Shown here in pieces: positions 30,041-44,089 of a stretch of DNA of 64,000 nt. Each line of letters starts with the position of its first letter. Position 1 is the first letter of the stretch. Source of the DNA: the human T2T-CHM13v2.0 reference genome, Homo sapiens. The position numbers were made by a program, and so were the translations under genes. The notes beneath the pieces were generated by a model that saw nothing but the letters and a program-made list of their open reading frames with translations, was not told where the DNA came from and ran no database searches. Location of the stretch: the NCBI RefSeq assembly GCF_009914755.1, contig NC_060929.1. One strand, 5' to 3'.

Positions 30041-33000
30041 AAAGCAATGGATAAATGAGATGTAATTAAGGTGATGGCAGTCACCCAATTCTGCCCACAT
30101 GATGTGTGATGTATTTTGCTATAGCTTTAAAATAGAAACAATAAAAGGACACCAAGTGCTAACAGATGATGTGATTTTCCTGGGCCTCACCTATTTTACA
30201 TCGTGCCATTTAAAAAATTACTTTTGGACATTTGCAATTTTATCTTAGTTATGATTTGGGGAAGTATTGACGCTCCCCATTCACAACACATTACAACAGC
30301 TGCATCATTCTTTTAAGGATAAATAAGTGTCTTTTCAACAAGTACTTAGTATGCTTAATAAACAATTTGTTATTGTTTTTATTATTATTTATGCTAGGAT
30401 GAAGAATCCTTAGGAGATCACTGAAACATTTTTATCTAGAGAGAACAATGTAGAGAAGTAAATTGGCAAAGAATTTGAAGCATATGGACAGAAATACAAG
30501 TATTTACAGTACTTATAAATTTCATTATGACTATATAAAATACAGCATCATTTGTCAGTAAATCAAAGCTTACACAAGTGGCAATTGTGAATGCAGTTGG
30601 TTACAATATTAAAAGAACAGGGATTAGGAGTGTAACTGAGATTCCTTTTATGATAAATTATCTAGCTCCTGGCTACCGTGTATGAGCTCTATTAACTGCC
30701 TATAAATTGTTCATCATAAAATCTAGTTCATTCTTGTTAATTAGGCCAAGGCTTTTATAAAGACTTTTTTCTCCTCTCTATGAAAGCCTGGGCTGGCAGG
30801 AGAGTAGCTACACCAGAACACTGAGGAAAAAAGGGACCCTTTGCTAAGCAAGATGCTATGCTCCTTAAGAACTAGTAATTAAAAAAGAAATTCCTGAATT
30901 AAAATTACTTTAAACTAAAATTACTTTTGCTTCTCTTACAAGTGAAAATAGAATCATTCTATTGTAGTCACAGAAGAGGGTTAAATACAGCCTAAATAAT
31001 TATATCGTCTTACTGCAAATTCTCTCAATCAATAATATGCAAGAAAGAAAGGATATATGCATAAAAGAACTAGGTACACCCACTAGAATTGATTAATACC
31101 AAGCAAGTTCCAGAAAGACAAATAGACATATCGTATTCTGCTGGCATGTCATTGCACGTCATTTTATTATGCATTTTACCCATGCAGTTGAACTTCTATG
31201 CAAAATTATCTTTGAGGAAATCTTGTATTTGTTGCTGATCACCAATTTTTTTTTCTGTTGTATTTTGCTCTTCGTGGTGCTCACATAAGTGATCAACTGG
31301 CAGGCAGTGAATGTTATGTTTATATTATCTCATATTTTGCATTGCTAACTGGCTCCCTTGATACCATTTAAGGTGCATCCCTAATCAGCTCTCACGTTTC
31401 ACACTTCCCTTGCAATCTCTGGATTTTGTGAAGAGTAGACATGTGGTGCCCCATTACTGGATGCCAAAGTGGTTGTGACTTCAGGAAGTCCCAATAGTCA
31501 GAGCCACAGGCTGAGTCAAGCCGTGTGATTGCTCCCCTGAGATGCAGTTAGCAAGCCTCCCTGACAGAGGCCAGAGGCAAGGAACAGTCAAAGGCTGGAA
31601 AACTCTGTATGTTTGCCTACACTCCCATGCTTAACACCCATTAAGGCACAATTAAGAATGGTCAGAAACATTATTATATTTGGAAACCCCAACAATAGCA
31701 AAAGTTGGAGAAAAGGGAAAATCAGTTCAAACCAAGAAAAAGTGATTCTTGTATTTTTTTTAAAACAATGAGATTTTAGCTTATGCAACATTTTATTTTC
31801 CCTTGCAAATGCTAATATTAGCTTACAGTTAGAGAAATTGTAGAACAATTAAGTAAAGCATGTTTCATTTCCAAGATCTTTTGGATACATCAGGGTTGTC
31901 TCACTCCTTTCCAATTCACAGGATCTTAACTCTGTACTCTTCCCTGGTTCAGCTTCTGGGTGATGTTCCCAGTTCCACGAGACTGTGGTGCGGAGTTCAT
32001 TTGAAATTAGCTGCTTAGGAAGACAATGCAATTCTTTGGACTGCATAGTAGTAAGGCCAACACAAGGGGCTTACTTGAATGGACTGTGGTTTGAATCAGT
32101 AACTTTAAAACTAGGCTAAGGTAATGCCCTGGAGGCCTTAACAATGAATGCCTTGGGGAGAATAAATTGCAATAGGCTTAAACAGTCTTTCCTTTCTGAT
32201 GTTACAGAGATTGCTTAAATTCTGCTTAGCTCAGCTTTAATTGAAATGATTTTTTTTTTCTTTTTGAAATACTTCTAAAAAGCCTTTATAAACATGGTGT
32301 TTTGCATTTTTTTTAAGAATCTCTTTTGTAAAAACAAACAAACAAAAAAACCTTTACTTTTCGTTACCATCATCCCCATCATCATTATTGTTATTGTAAT
32401 CAAATGTTGAATTATGACACATAGCTAGTGGTCCCAGTTTTCACCAGATAATTGGGTTCTATTATAGGCCTCTCTTTAAGCTTTGAATAGGCTAATGGAA
32501 ATGAATAAATACAAGGTTTGGGAAAAGAAATCTTACCTTATGACAAAGTCTCTTCCAACCCACTGACCAGAAAGTAGCAATGATGAAAGCATGCAAAGGA
32601 GAAGAGGCTGGGCAGACAGGAAAAGAGGGACTGTGGAGAAGGCACAAATGGTTTTTAACCATTTCATTCCCCAAACAGCCTGTGCCACTTAGTCTCATTT
32701 TTCTTTGACAAGAACTAGACATATGGCATCGCCTAATTGTGAATGGGACTGGAAATGGAGTCCCTGTCTGGGTAGTCGCCTTCTAGCAACAGTTTTCACT
32801 ATGGAGGGAGTAGAGGGGAGTATACATCTTTGGTGAACAGTTGGTGGCCTGGGGCACAACATTTTGTATGTTACTTTAAGCTTAGAAAATCCTTTTTTAC
32901 AGCTATAAACTATTCAACTTCTAAGGCCACTTTAAGTTATGAGCAAATATTTAGTCAGCTCAATCAACTGACCAATTAATTGAGTGGTCAATCCACCTGG

Positions 33001-33092
33001 TTGGCTGACTGAACTAAGATTTGCTTGGCTGAATGAAATGGTTACTTTTGCATAAAAAGTTTGTGCTGCAGTTCTATATACGGATAGAATCA

Positions 33093-33398
<306 letters not shown>

Positions 33399-33989
33399 AT
33401 AGAATCAAATTTCACCTGGTGTAAAATTTATCTTTGTCACCACATTTATTTTTCTATATACTGTCATCTTCCTAATTTATTTTCCCAAATTTCTTCTAGA
33501 ATGATCTTTCTGTATTACTCAGGTTGCTTCTTTCAGAGCTTAGCTGAGAGTATACAGACCAGCTTTGTCTCAGTATCTTTTCATCAGTACCTAATTTGCT
33601 TGTTTTATTTTAGTTGTCAATACCTGGTGAGATCAATCCTCAGATCAATGTCTAGCTCCCTTTAAAAAAAAAAAAAAAAAACTCTTGTAATGCTATGTTG
33701 ATGGTCAGACGATTAGCTATATTAAAGAGATGGCTTAAAAATCAGAGTACATTTCTGCAGATTATTGAAGGGAATTTTTATTTTATCTCCCCTTTATTTT
33801 TTAGGCTTTCAATCTGTATTTTACTAAGTTAGATTTTACGGTGTTATCTCAGGCTTACATGAAGCCTAGTAACATGCCCTTTATAAAGCTAGCCTCAAGT
33901 TAGCAAAGGTCTGTATAGTTACAGAAATTTGAAGTTGAACATCTAACATTGATTATGCACTTAAATTTAAAATGCAGGAATTCAATAAA

Positions 33990-34550
33990 ATGATCCATTG
34001 ACAAATATAATGAGTGCCTTTTCTAAGCTCTATAAAAGTTGCATGTAGAAACAGTGATTGCCTCCGATTACCTTACAGTCTGAGACAACCACAGCACCTG
34101 GTATAGCTGAATGACAGGACACATGTAAAAAGTGTTAACTAGCAACCAGAGATAGCCTACAATAAGAGCTCAGTGGGTAGTACAGAAGATTAAATCTCTA
34201 GGTGATCAGAAGAGAGATCATCCTGGCCTGGAGTAGCTGGGAAGGAATCATAGATGGTGTGAATCTTTAGGAGCCTCTAAAGGGAGAATACTGTTTAAAC
34301 AAGTTGAGAGGCAAGGAAGTGGACATCCCAACAAGAACATGCATGTAAATGGCATTGTAGAACTTAAATCCATATGATGTTTTAAAGTAACAGTGAATAA
34401 ATTTTTCCAAAGGAAATGAAGGTTAATGAATGAAAATAGCAGTTGAAACATTGAAAAGATAGGTTGATATCTGATTGTGGAGAGCATTAAATGTCAGTTT
34501 GGTAAATGTGGCCTTTTTCTGTATTCACTGGGCCACCATTGAAACTTTTG
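33990..34550 (-). mobile_element. L2 relic
   Basis: Purine-rich L2-type blocks such as 'ggcaaggaagtggacatcccaacaagaacatgcatgtaaatggc' and 'ccaccattgaaacttttgag'. Confidence 0.55.
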
Positions 34551-37419
34551 AGATAATCTATTTATTGATAGCAACTTGAATCCTGAATTTGTCACTAGCT
34601 TCAGATTTATTCCCCAAGCCAGGATTTCAGAAGTTATTACAATTCAAAGCACATGATGTTGGTCATTCCCTGGACTCCACCTTCTGTTTCACCTCCAACA
34701 TAAGAGTAGAGAAGAAATGAGCTGCCACTGGGAGATTGCTTTCTTTTTCTTTATCTAGACAGAGTAATGTATATTCATTTCTTCTTTTGGAACATGTGAT
34801 CCAAGAAGAAACAAAGTCGCACTTCAAAACGAATCTGAGGAGTGGTGTGGGAAGTATACAGATAACTCTTCTTTATACTTTAAAGGAAATTGTTTGCTGT
34901 TAACATAAAAATAAGACTCCTCACAAATTATTAGCCTTTAAGAAGAGTGACCTAGACATTATTAGGTGCTCTACCTCTTGTACAAATATAAAAAGAGTTG
35001 ACTCTGGCATAGCACTTGACTAAAGAGAGCCAATGAACAGCTACCTGCGAAGTGTGTTGTACATCTGAGTTGTATGTATGGTTTACAATCAGCCATATGT
35101 CAAATGCAGTGGGTTAGCCATATTCATTCTGAGTTTATCTACACCATCTGCTGTCATATTGACATCTACTTTCTTTAACATAGAACCCTATTTATCTTAG
35201 ACACATTCCGTTATTTCTCCTTTTCCTTCTTCCTTTTACATCATTCCCATTGATATCTGCACCATTTCCTGATATCAAGCAAGGAGCTTTCAGTGAGAGA
35301 GTGGTGGATGGCAGGGATAAGTGGTCAAAGGACTCAAAAAAAAGTCCTAAGTTATGGATCCTGCAAACCATATAAAAAAGTGAGCCTGGAGGTTACAAAG
35401 CATATGAGTGAAACAGGAGAGAGAGTGAGAGTTTAGGATTAATGAAAGAATCAAAGAAAATGGCCAAAAGCAGAGGGGAGAATGAGTACCATATGTGTAT
35501 AGGATAATGACAGAGCATTTCACGGATATTAAGATGCCATTAATGTGATCATTATAATGACACTACAAATTTTTGGCAACACATTCCAACAACAGTAGTT
35601 CCATGTAGGCTTCTGAAATCAGGGGCAATAGGTGAGGGTGTCCTTTAACTTTGTTGTTGAATTGCAGTCAGGATTAATTTGCATAAGCCTCACTTTTTGT
35701 GTGTTTTAGTTTGTTGCCAAAGAAATGTTCCAGTTCATTTTTTCACTTACCCTCATAAGGTAACTGCAAGTTAGTTTCTTAGCATCATCAGGCAAGTGTC
35801 CTGGCTCCCAACTCTTAGCTAATTCCATTAGAAAATACTGACTTTAATTGTGAAGGAAACATGAAAATTTTTTTCTGTTAAATAGTCACCAGATTTTTAA
35901 AACAATAGTAATGTTTCAGGGAGGTCTTGGACTTCTAAAGAATAGAAAGGTATATAAAAGAGTAAAAGCATGTAATTAATCAGGGTCAACAGAATTAACC
36001 TGGATATTATTTGAGCCTTTGGTTCCTAAAGCTGTGAGCCAATGATGCAGAAACAAACATTCAGCTCTTAAAAAGAAATAGCATGGACACTGGAATGGGA
36101 GGACATGATTCCTTTTCTTTCAATCCCAAATCAAATTTAAACCTGAGATTTTGGAGCTTACTCATCAGAGGAGAAATATCATGAGCTATTTGCTCTCTCC
36201 ACTGTAACACAGCTCTGGCAAGCCTGAAAGTTATGTTGAGATCGTCAAATCCATAGTCAAGGACCATCTTTGTGAATCATGAAACCATATGCCACTGGAT
36301 GTCTGAATTGGAAAAAAAAAAAAAAAGACAACAAAAAACCCCAACTCTACACCAAGGAAGCCGGTGATATGATCAGACTGTGCCAAGGGCCATTTGACCA
36401 TCTTACACCTTCTCAATCTATGCATTTTTAAAAATCTTTGCTACTGCTTGAACCATGTAAAATACCAGAACTCCTATAGTGCTAACAAGGAATAAAGATC
36501 TTGCACCAGATGGTGCCTCTTGTCTCCATCTATCTCTAGCCCAAACAATCTGCCAGAGTTTTGAAGAAAAATGCGATGTGATCGTGTTGCAAAGTATATG
36601 AAGAAACAGTATGAAAAGTAATCTGGCTCAAGCAATGGAACCCAGAAGGAAGGGGATTATTATCACTCTTTGAGCCTATGGATGAGGGCAATACTTTCTG
36701 CATTTTAGTCTATAAAACAAATGGTATATCAAAGTACAGCTGTAAGGTGAGTATCTCAGTGAAATGCCTCTTTGTATCTCTGCAACATATTAACTTCAGT
36801 CAATATGGTTGAAATTTCAGAAATTCATCTGGATATTTTGTTTATATCACACAAAATAAATAGTTTGATGATTTTTAAAAAGCCTTACTAGTTGTAAAGG
36901 GATAGTACACTGAACTTTTTATTTCATACTTTTTTTCTATATTGCCTTTTAGCACTGAATTTGGCCATCCTAGTGATGAGAACTTGGATACATTTTGTAT
37001 ATTCCTCTTGCAGAATATACTTAAGAATTTCTTTAATATGCTTAGATGAAATTTGTGTGTATGCATGTGTGTGTGCGTGCATATGTATATGATTTCTCTG
37101 CTTCTTTTTTGGAGTTTAGTGGCCATAATATTTTTAAGTATTTTCCTGCCCTCTCTTGCTTTGATCAAGGTGTTGGTACTTCTTTGTCACAAGCTGTTTG
37201 ACAATTTTATCTAACATCTATAGGATTTAAAGTGCTTTAAGGTCAGAGGATATTTAATGGGAGAGAAAAGACCTCTGTGGGTTTTTTTCTAGACTCAACC
37301 CATCTGAACAAAAATTTAGTTTTATGTTTATTTTTGGTGCTTGTACTGTACTGATATACATATAAAGGCTAAAAAAAGTAATGATCATTAGATAATCAGT
37401 AGCTTATTGGTGCTAATCA

Positions 37420-37660
37420 GAGTGTAGTCTTCAAACCTGTACTTATCAGGAAATGGGTAGAGGTCTAGGATGAGACAAATCTAAAGACTGAGAGTCAGAA
37501 TTTAGAAACTTTTATAGCAATTTGACATAGCTGTGACATCAAATCATGTGTTCACTTTTCTAGTGGTTCATTTTATTTTTGTTTACAAAAGTATCAGTTC
37601 ATGATGGATTGAAGGAAACAAAAACTCTTTTCTCTACCACGGATAGTTTAAGAAGCACTG
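37420..37660. mobile_element. hAT-Charlie relic (MER113-like)
   Basis: Terminal 'accacggatagtttaagaagcactg' resembles my recollection of the MER113 end. Confidence 0.45.
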
Positions 37661-38667
37661 GTTAGAGTCCACAATTTCATCATTTCATTTAAATGGATTG
37701 AAAGAGAGACAATGGATTCAACCAAGAAGTTATAGCGATCATTTAGTTATGCTTTAACCATGACTCCAGAGCTTTAATGGTAATTGTTGAAAGAAATGAA
37801 TACATCTTGGAAATATAACAAAAGAGATGGAATAGGGTACACTCCTGAATCGAATGGGCTGTGTGACAAAGAGACACATGCTGCCCCAAAAACTTAATAT
37901 CAGCCTGGATGGTGGTGTTAACAATACACATAGAAAAGCTTCATTGGAAAGAAGGCCTCGAAAACACTGTCCCAGAAAAGAATTCTGGCTTTTTAGTTTT
38001 GAGTTAGTGATGTCAAAACATCTATTTAGAAATTCACAGTGAACCATGAAAGACTGTGGACCTCAACTGAAGAGTTCAATAGTAGAAATTTAGAACAGAT
38101 GGGAAATTCTTCCTGATACTTTTACTGAGAAAGAGAAATTCTCCTCTTCATATTTTTGGATCCTTAAGATAACACTATTTGCAACTTTTCTTCTTTTTCT
38201 TTACTAGGTAGATGTAATACATGGGAGCAGATGAAGGACAAGTGCCCAGACCACTCCTAGTTTTGCAGGTTATATTATCATATTCCAAACACTGAAAAAA
38301 TGCCATAGCTAGGTTTTGCTGCTAATAAAAGTAGCAAATTCCTGCTTACTGATGATGTTTCTAAGTTAAATAAGTAAAACTTTTTTTGGTATCTCAGATT
38401 TGAAATTTCCCAGAGAAACAATATTAGAAATGAGCACTGTTTAACTCTCCGGGTTATTTCCATAAAACCTTTTTTCTTCATTAACCTCTTTGTATAGTTT
38501 AAATAATGTTTTTAGTGCTAGCAATAGAATAGTATCACTATGGTTTCTAATTGCACTGTTAGTTGATTTTATTTCAAACTTTTTGTAGGTTATAGGATTT
38601 TTATGGATTGTGACATTGTTCCATATTAATAACTGTTTATATTGTTTCTCTCTCCCTTTCTCTCATA

Positions 38668-38722
38668 GACAGAGACACATACAGACAGACAGACACACAC
38701 ACACACTCACTCATACACACAT
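38668..38722. repeat. Compound (CAGA)n/(CA)n microsatellite
   Basis: Read directly from the sequence. Confidence 0.85.
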
Positions 38723-39989
38723 AACTATCAGATGATCTCTTTTGATTCCTTGGTCACAGGTAGCAAAAGAAATATTGTTGACTCAGGTAAAGATTTCTGT
38801 CTCCAAATCTAGGAGATGCTGGGATTCACCCAAAATATAGTGTATAATGTTTGTTTTAAGATATATATCATAGATATCCTGACCTCACAATTGGAAAGAA
38901 ATCCCTGTTATTTTATCTTCTTTTATCAAATACCTAAGCCATTACTGTTTTAGCCTTGCTGCCCAAGGAAGATGCCCATTTCTACTTGCTACTGGACTGA
39001 TTCTGAGGGGAGTGGGGAGTAGAATGGTAGCTCTCCCTGAGCTTCGAGAAGCATGTTGCTTGCTGAGTGTGACCCTGACATTGAACAAATGGCAGAGGCC
39101 AAGACAATGTCTGCTAAATAATTCCCCCTTATAGCTCATTAACACATAGAAAAATATAGGCAGAGTTATAATTTCTATTTTTTTTCCCTTAACTTTCTTT
39201 CTTAACCATCCTTCTACTACTTCACATTGCCTCTCCTTTTCATGTCTTTGTGTTCATCTTTCTCTAGGGGCATCATTTGGTGGGCAGAGAGTGCCTGCTT
39301 ACACACTGCATGTCATTTGGGCTGTCGTATAGTGTGCTGAGTATTTCAATGCGATTGCATCTCTATTCATCTACTGTCAGAGGTGGCAATGTTGCAGACA
39401 GGGATGTTTGTTATTGAAACAAACAAAGCATGTGGTGTTATAGATTTGTATGCAAAACCTTCAAAACAAAACTAAGTAGCTATTTACTTTAAATATGCCA
39501 ATTAACTGTTACTAATGTACAGTGCACTTCTAGGTTAAGGATGATTGATAGTAACACGCAGTGAAATGTTCTTAAACTACAGTCAGGAAATGTAAATGTA
39601 CAAAATGGAAAGAACCAGCAGCTGACAGCACTAGTTACATGTTTCAAAACAACACTTTCAAATCATTCCTTTATTGTTCTTTCATCCTTTTCTCTATTCT
39701 ACACTTGTATAGCCTGGTAGCCAATGGTATACTAAAAAAGTTTTAGAAAAGAGCAAATGTTTTAGTATGAAGTAAACATTATGGGCCTAATCTCATTTGT
39801 TTCACTCAGGCAGAACACTTAGGAACCGCAGTGGGAGTTTTGCTTGAGTGAAGAGAATAGGCTTGTCTCTTTTAAATGTCTGACATTGAATTTGTTGCAA
39901 TTACAAAACTAATTAAAAGGAGAGATGACTTCTCCTTTAGCTGCTATGTCCTGTCTCAGCAGACAGTCACCTCTTCATTTGCTCTAGAC

Positions 39990-40352
39990 CAGCACTCTCC
40001 AATAGAAAGATAAAGAGAGCCACAAATACTAACATATATTGTTTCATAAATGAAATAATATGTATTGGACATATATATGTATATATATATATAGTTTAAT
40101 TTTCTAGGAGCCAAATTTAAAAAGTGAAAAGAGGAAATTAACAATGTTGTATTTAACTTAATGTGTCCACACTATAATCATTTTAACATGTAATCAATAT
40201 AAATATTAATAAAATATCTCACATTCTTTTCTGTATAACTAAGTCTTTGAATTTTCATATGCATTTTATGCTCACAGCATATGCCAACACAGAGGAGCCT
40301 CACCTCAAGTGTTTAGTACCTCTCTATGGCTAGTAATGCATGGGACAGCAAC
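39990..40352. mobile_element. MER33-like hAT MITE
   Basis: 'cagcactctccaatagaaa..gagccaca', 'catgtaatcaatataaa' and 'tcaagtgtttagtacc..atggctagt..ggacagca'. Confidence 0.75.
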
Positions 40353-41088
40353 AGCTCTATACTTCACCATTTGAGAATCGGTCTAGTATTTGTGATTAAA
40401 ACATTTACTTTGGACGGTCAGGAAAAACTGGATATGAATCCTGATTTAACACAATGATCTGATTGCTGTTCAATTTTGCCAATTACTGTTAAAACCTACC
40501 ATTTTGTTAGGGAGATTAGCTAAATTCGTGAACTCAGCCAGCTGACTGATGATTTTATAAAGCTACCGGCTGCTAAATGTAAAAATGTTTGTGCCAGGCA
40601 CACTATACAAACATTCTTCTAGTAAAATCTCAAAAGAGAGAATGGAATTACTTTAAAAATACAAATATAATATTGATATGCATCACTTAAATGTCATTTG
40701 AACATTTTCACAATACATTTCATGTTTCTCACAATGAAAGCTGGGTTTGCATTGTTAGACAAATAATCAGTAAGTGGATATTGTCAAGTTAACCCTCTAA
40801 GAAGGAGAATTGGATCTACTTAACTCCAGTTAACTATCGGTTAACACCATCTATAAACTAAAAAATGAAATGCAAACATGATTAAGCAGAAATTAAACAG
40901 CAAACAAGAGAGGAGATTAAACATGAGTAGCTAGTTTTGGAGAATAATTGATTTTTTTCCAAATCAGACAAATTGTGTTAATTTAGTGTCTCATGTGCTA
41001 GACTAGTAAATGCTGTGGAGGTTAAATGACAACACAAAGTTGTGTCATGCTTGCTCAGATTTGGGAAAGACATTTATGTGAAGAGCAG

Positions 41089-43388
41089 TGTATTAGTCTG
41101 TTCTCATGCTGCTAATAAAGACATACCTGAGCCTGGGTAATTTATAAAGGAATGAGGTTTAATGGACTCACAGATCCACATGGCTGGGGAGGCCTCACAA
41201 TCATGGTGGAAGGTGAAGCACAAAGGCATGTCTTACATGGCAGCTGGCAAAGAGAGCACATGTGGAGAACTCCCCTTTATAAAACCATCAGATCTCATGG
41301 GACTTATTCACTATCACGAGAACAGCTTGGGAAAGACCCACCCCCATGATTCAGTTACCTCCCACCAGTTCCCTCCCATGACACATGGGAACCATGAGAG
41401 CTACAATTCAAGATGAAATTTGGCTGGGGACACAGCCAAACCATATCATTCTGTCCCAGCCCCTCCCAAATCTCATGTCCTCACATTTCAAAACCAATCA
41501 TGCCTTCCCAAGAGTCTCGCAAAGTCTTAACTCATTTCAGCATTAAGTCAAAATTCCACAGTCCAGTCTCATCTGAGACAAAGCAAGTCCCTTCTGCCTA
41601 CTAGCCTGTAAAATCAAAAGTAAGTTAGTTACTTCCCAGTTACAATAGGGGTACCAGCATTGGGTAAATATAACCATTCCAAATGGGAGAAATTGGGCAA
41701 AACAAAGGGGCTACAGTTGCCATGCAAGTCTGAAATCCAATAGGGCAGTCATTAAACCTTAAATTTCCAAAAATGATCTCCTTTGACTCCGTGTCTCATA
41801 TCCAGGTCATGCTGATGCAAGAAGTGGGCTCCCATGGCCTTGGGCAGCTCTGCTTCTGAGGCTTTGCAGGAGCAAAGCCCCTCTCCTGGCTGCTTTCATG
41901 GGCTGGCATTGAGTGTCTGAGGCTTTTCCAGATGCATGATATAAACTGTCAGTGGGTCTACCATTCTGGGTTCTGGAAGATGGTGGCCTTATTTTCATAG
42001 TTCCTCTAGGCAGTGCCCCAGTGGGGACTCTGGGTGTGGGCTCCAACCCCACATTTCCCTTCCATACTGCCCTAGCAGAGGTTCTCCATGAGGACCCATC
42101 CCCTGCGGCAAACTTCTGCCTGGACATCCAGGCATTTCCATACATCCTCTGAAATCTAGGTGGAGGTTCCCAAACCTCAATTCTTGACTTTTGTCTGCTC
42201 ACATGCCCAACACCATGTGTAAGCTGCAAAGGCTTGGGGCTTGCACCCTCTGAAGCCACAGCCTGAGTTGTACTTTGGCTCCTTTTAGCCACAGCTGAAG
42301 CTGAAACAGCTGGGATGCAGGGCACCATGTTTGGAGGCTGCATAGAGCAAGGGGGACCTGGGCCTGGCCAGGGAAACCATTTTTCCCTCCTAGGTCTCCA
42401 GGCCTGTGATGGGAGGGACTGCTGTGAAAGTCTCTGACATGCCCTGGAGACATTTTCCCCATTGTCTTGGTGATTAGTAGTTGCCTCCTCATTACTTATG
42501 CAAGTTTCTGCAGCAGCTTGAATTTCTCCCTAGAAAGTGGGTTTTTCTTTTCTACTGCATCATCAGGCTGCAAATTTTCCAAACTTTTATGCTCTGTCAC
42601 TTCTTGAGTGCTTTGAAATTTCTTCCACTCGTTACCCCAAATCATCTCTCTCAAGTTCAAAATTCCACAGATCTCTAGGGCAGGGGCAAAATGCCACGAG
42701 TCTCTTTGCATAGCAAGAGTCACCTTTTTTCCAGTTCCCAATAAGTTCCTCATCTCCATATGAGACCACCTCAGCTTGGACCTTATTGTCCATATCACTA
42801 TCAGCATTTTGGTGAAAGCCATTCAACAAGACTCTAGGCGGTTCCAAAGTTTCCCACATCTTCTTGTCTTCTGAGCAGGGAAGTTCCAATCTTTCCCACA
42901 TTTTCCTGTCTTCTTCTGAGCCCTCCAAACTGTTCCAACCTCTGCCTGTTACTCTGTTCCAAAGTCACTTCCACTATTTTTCGGTATGTTTACAGCAGCA
43001 CCTTGCTACCTGGTACCAATTTACTGTATTAGTCTGTTCTCACACTGCTAATAAAGACATACCTAAGACTGAGTGATTTATAAAGGAATGACGTTTAATG
43101 GACTCACAGTTCCACATGGCTGGGGAGGCCTCACAATTATAGTGGATGGTGAAGGAAGAACAAAGGCACATCTTACGTGGCAGCAGGCAAGGAGAGTGCA
43201 TGCAGGGACCTCCCCTTTATAAAACCATCAGATCTTGTGAGACTTATACACTCTCATGAGAACAGCACAGGATAAACCTGCTGCTGAGATTCAATTACCT
43301 CCCACCAGGTGCCTCCAACAACATATGGGAATTATGAGAGCTACAATTCAAGATGAGATTTGGATGGGGACAAAGCCAAACCATATCA
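41089..43388 (-). mobile_element. Complete THE1 (B/C-like) element: LTR 41089-41448, internal 41449-43024, LTR 43025-43388
   Basis: Two ~360-bp direct LTRs 'tgtattagtctgttctca..ccaaaccatatca' flank a 1.58-kb internal region. Flanks agcag/agcca match at 3 of 5 positions. Confidence 0.97.
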
Positions 43389-43489
43389 AGCCACCGCTAA
43401 AACAAACCATAATAAAATAAGTGATATAATAAGCTATCCTCCAAAGTACTGAACTATTCCATAGGCATGTAGCCTTTGATTATCATGGA

Positions 43490-43990
43490 GAATTGTGGAA
43501 AGGCCCCAATATCTGCCTCTTGCCTGCTCTGCCATGGCCCCTTTGCTGGTGCATTTCCAGGCTACTGTGTCCTCTGGCTTTCCAGTGGATTCAGCCAGTT
43601 AGAAAGCCCCTGGAGCATAAAGGGCTGTGGAAGAGAAAAGCCAGATTATTTGTCCTGTCCTTCTGTGTCTGAGGTGACATCTCTGAAAATGTCTCAAGTG
43701 GTGTCTCCTCTGTAGCTGTGACTCCTGCTCTACACTCCTGTCACAGTACAATCTTTGCAGGGTGACCCTGACTCCTGGCACCAGTTATCACTGGTTCCTC
43801 CCCTTTTCTCCTTCAGCCTAAGAAGTCCTAGTGGCTTCTGGTGATTTCTAATATCTAGATTGCCTCAGTACCTCCCTGATACAGTGAGCCCTTCTGCTTC
43901 TGTGTAATCAGTTCCCTGTATTGTCTCCCCTCATGTTTTAACTACTTAAAGTGGATTTCCCTTGTCTCTGGTTGAACCTTGAGTCATACA
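43490..43990 (+). mobile_element. LTR33-like ERVL LTR relic
   Basis: 3' end 'agttccctgtatt..actacttaaagtggatttccc..gaaccttgagtcataca'. The left boundary is uncertain. Confidence 0.55.
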
Positions 43991-44089
43991 GAGAGAAAGA
44001 TGGATTCACAAACAAAAACGAACATAGTTTCAAATGAATTATTAAACACATTGCTTATGTGCACCCAGAAGTAGGTAGTGATCACTAAG

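Noticed and set aside
36540-36746. 207-nt + strand segment ending in a strong donor aag|gtgagt as a coding exon
   Set aside because: It has stop codons in all three frames, so it is at most a noncoding or pseudo-exon.
41807-43076. ORFs of up to 178 aa in the THE1 internal region
   Set aside because: Decayed MaLR internal reading frame, not a host gene.
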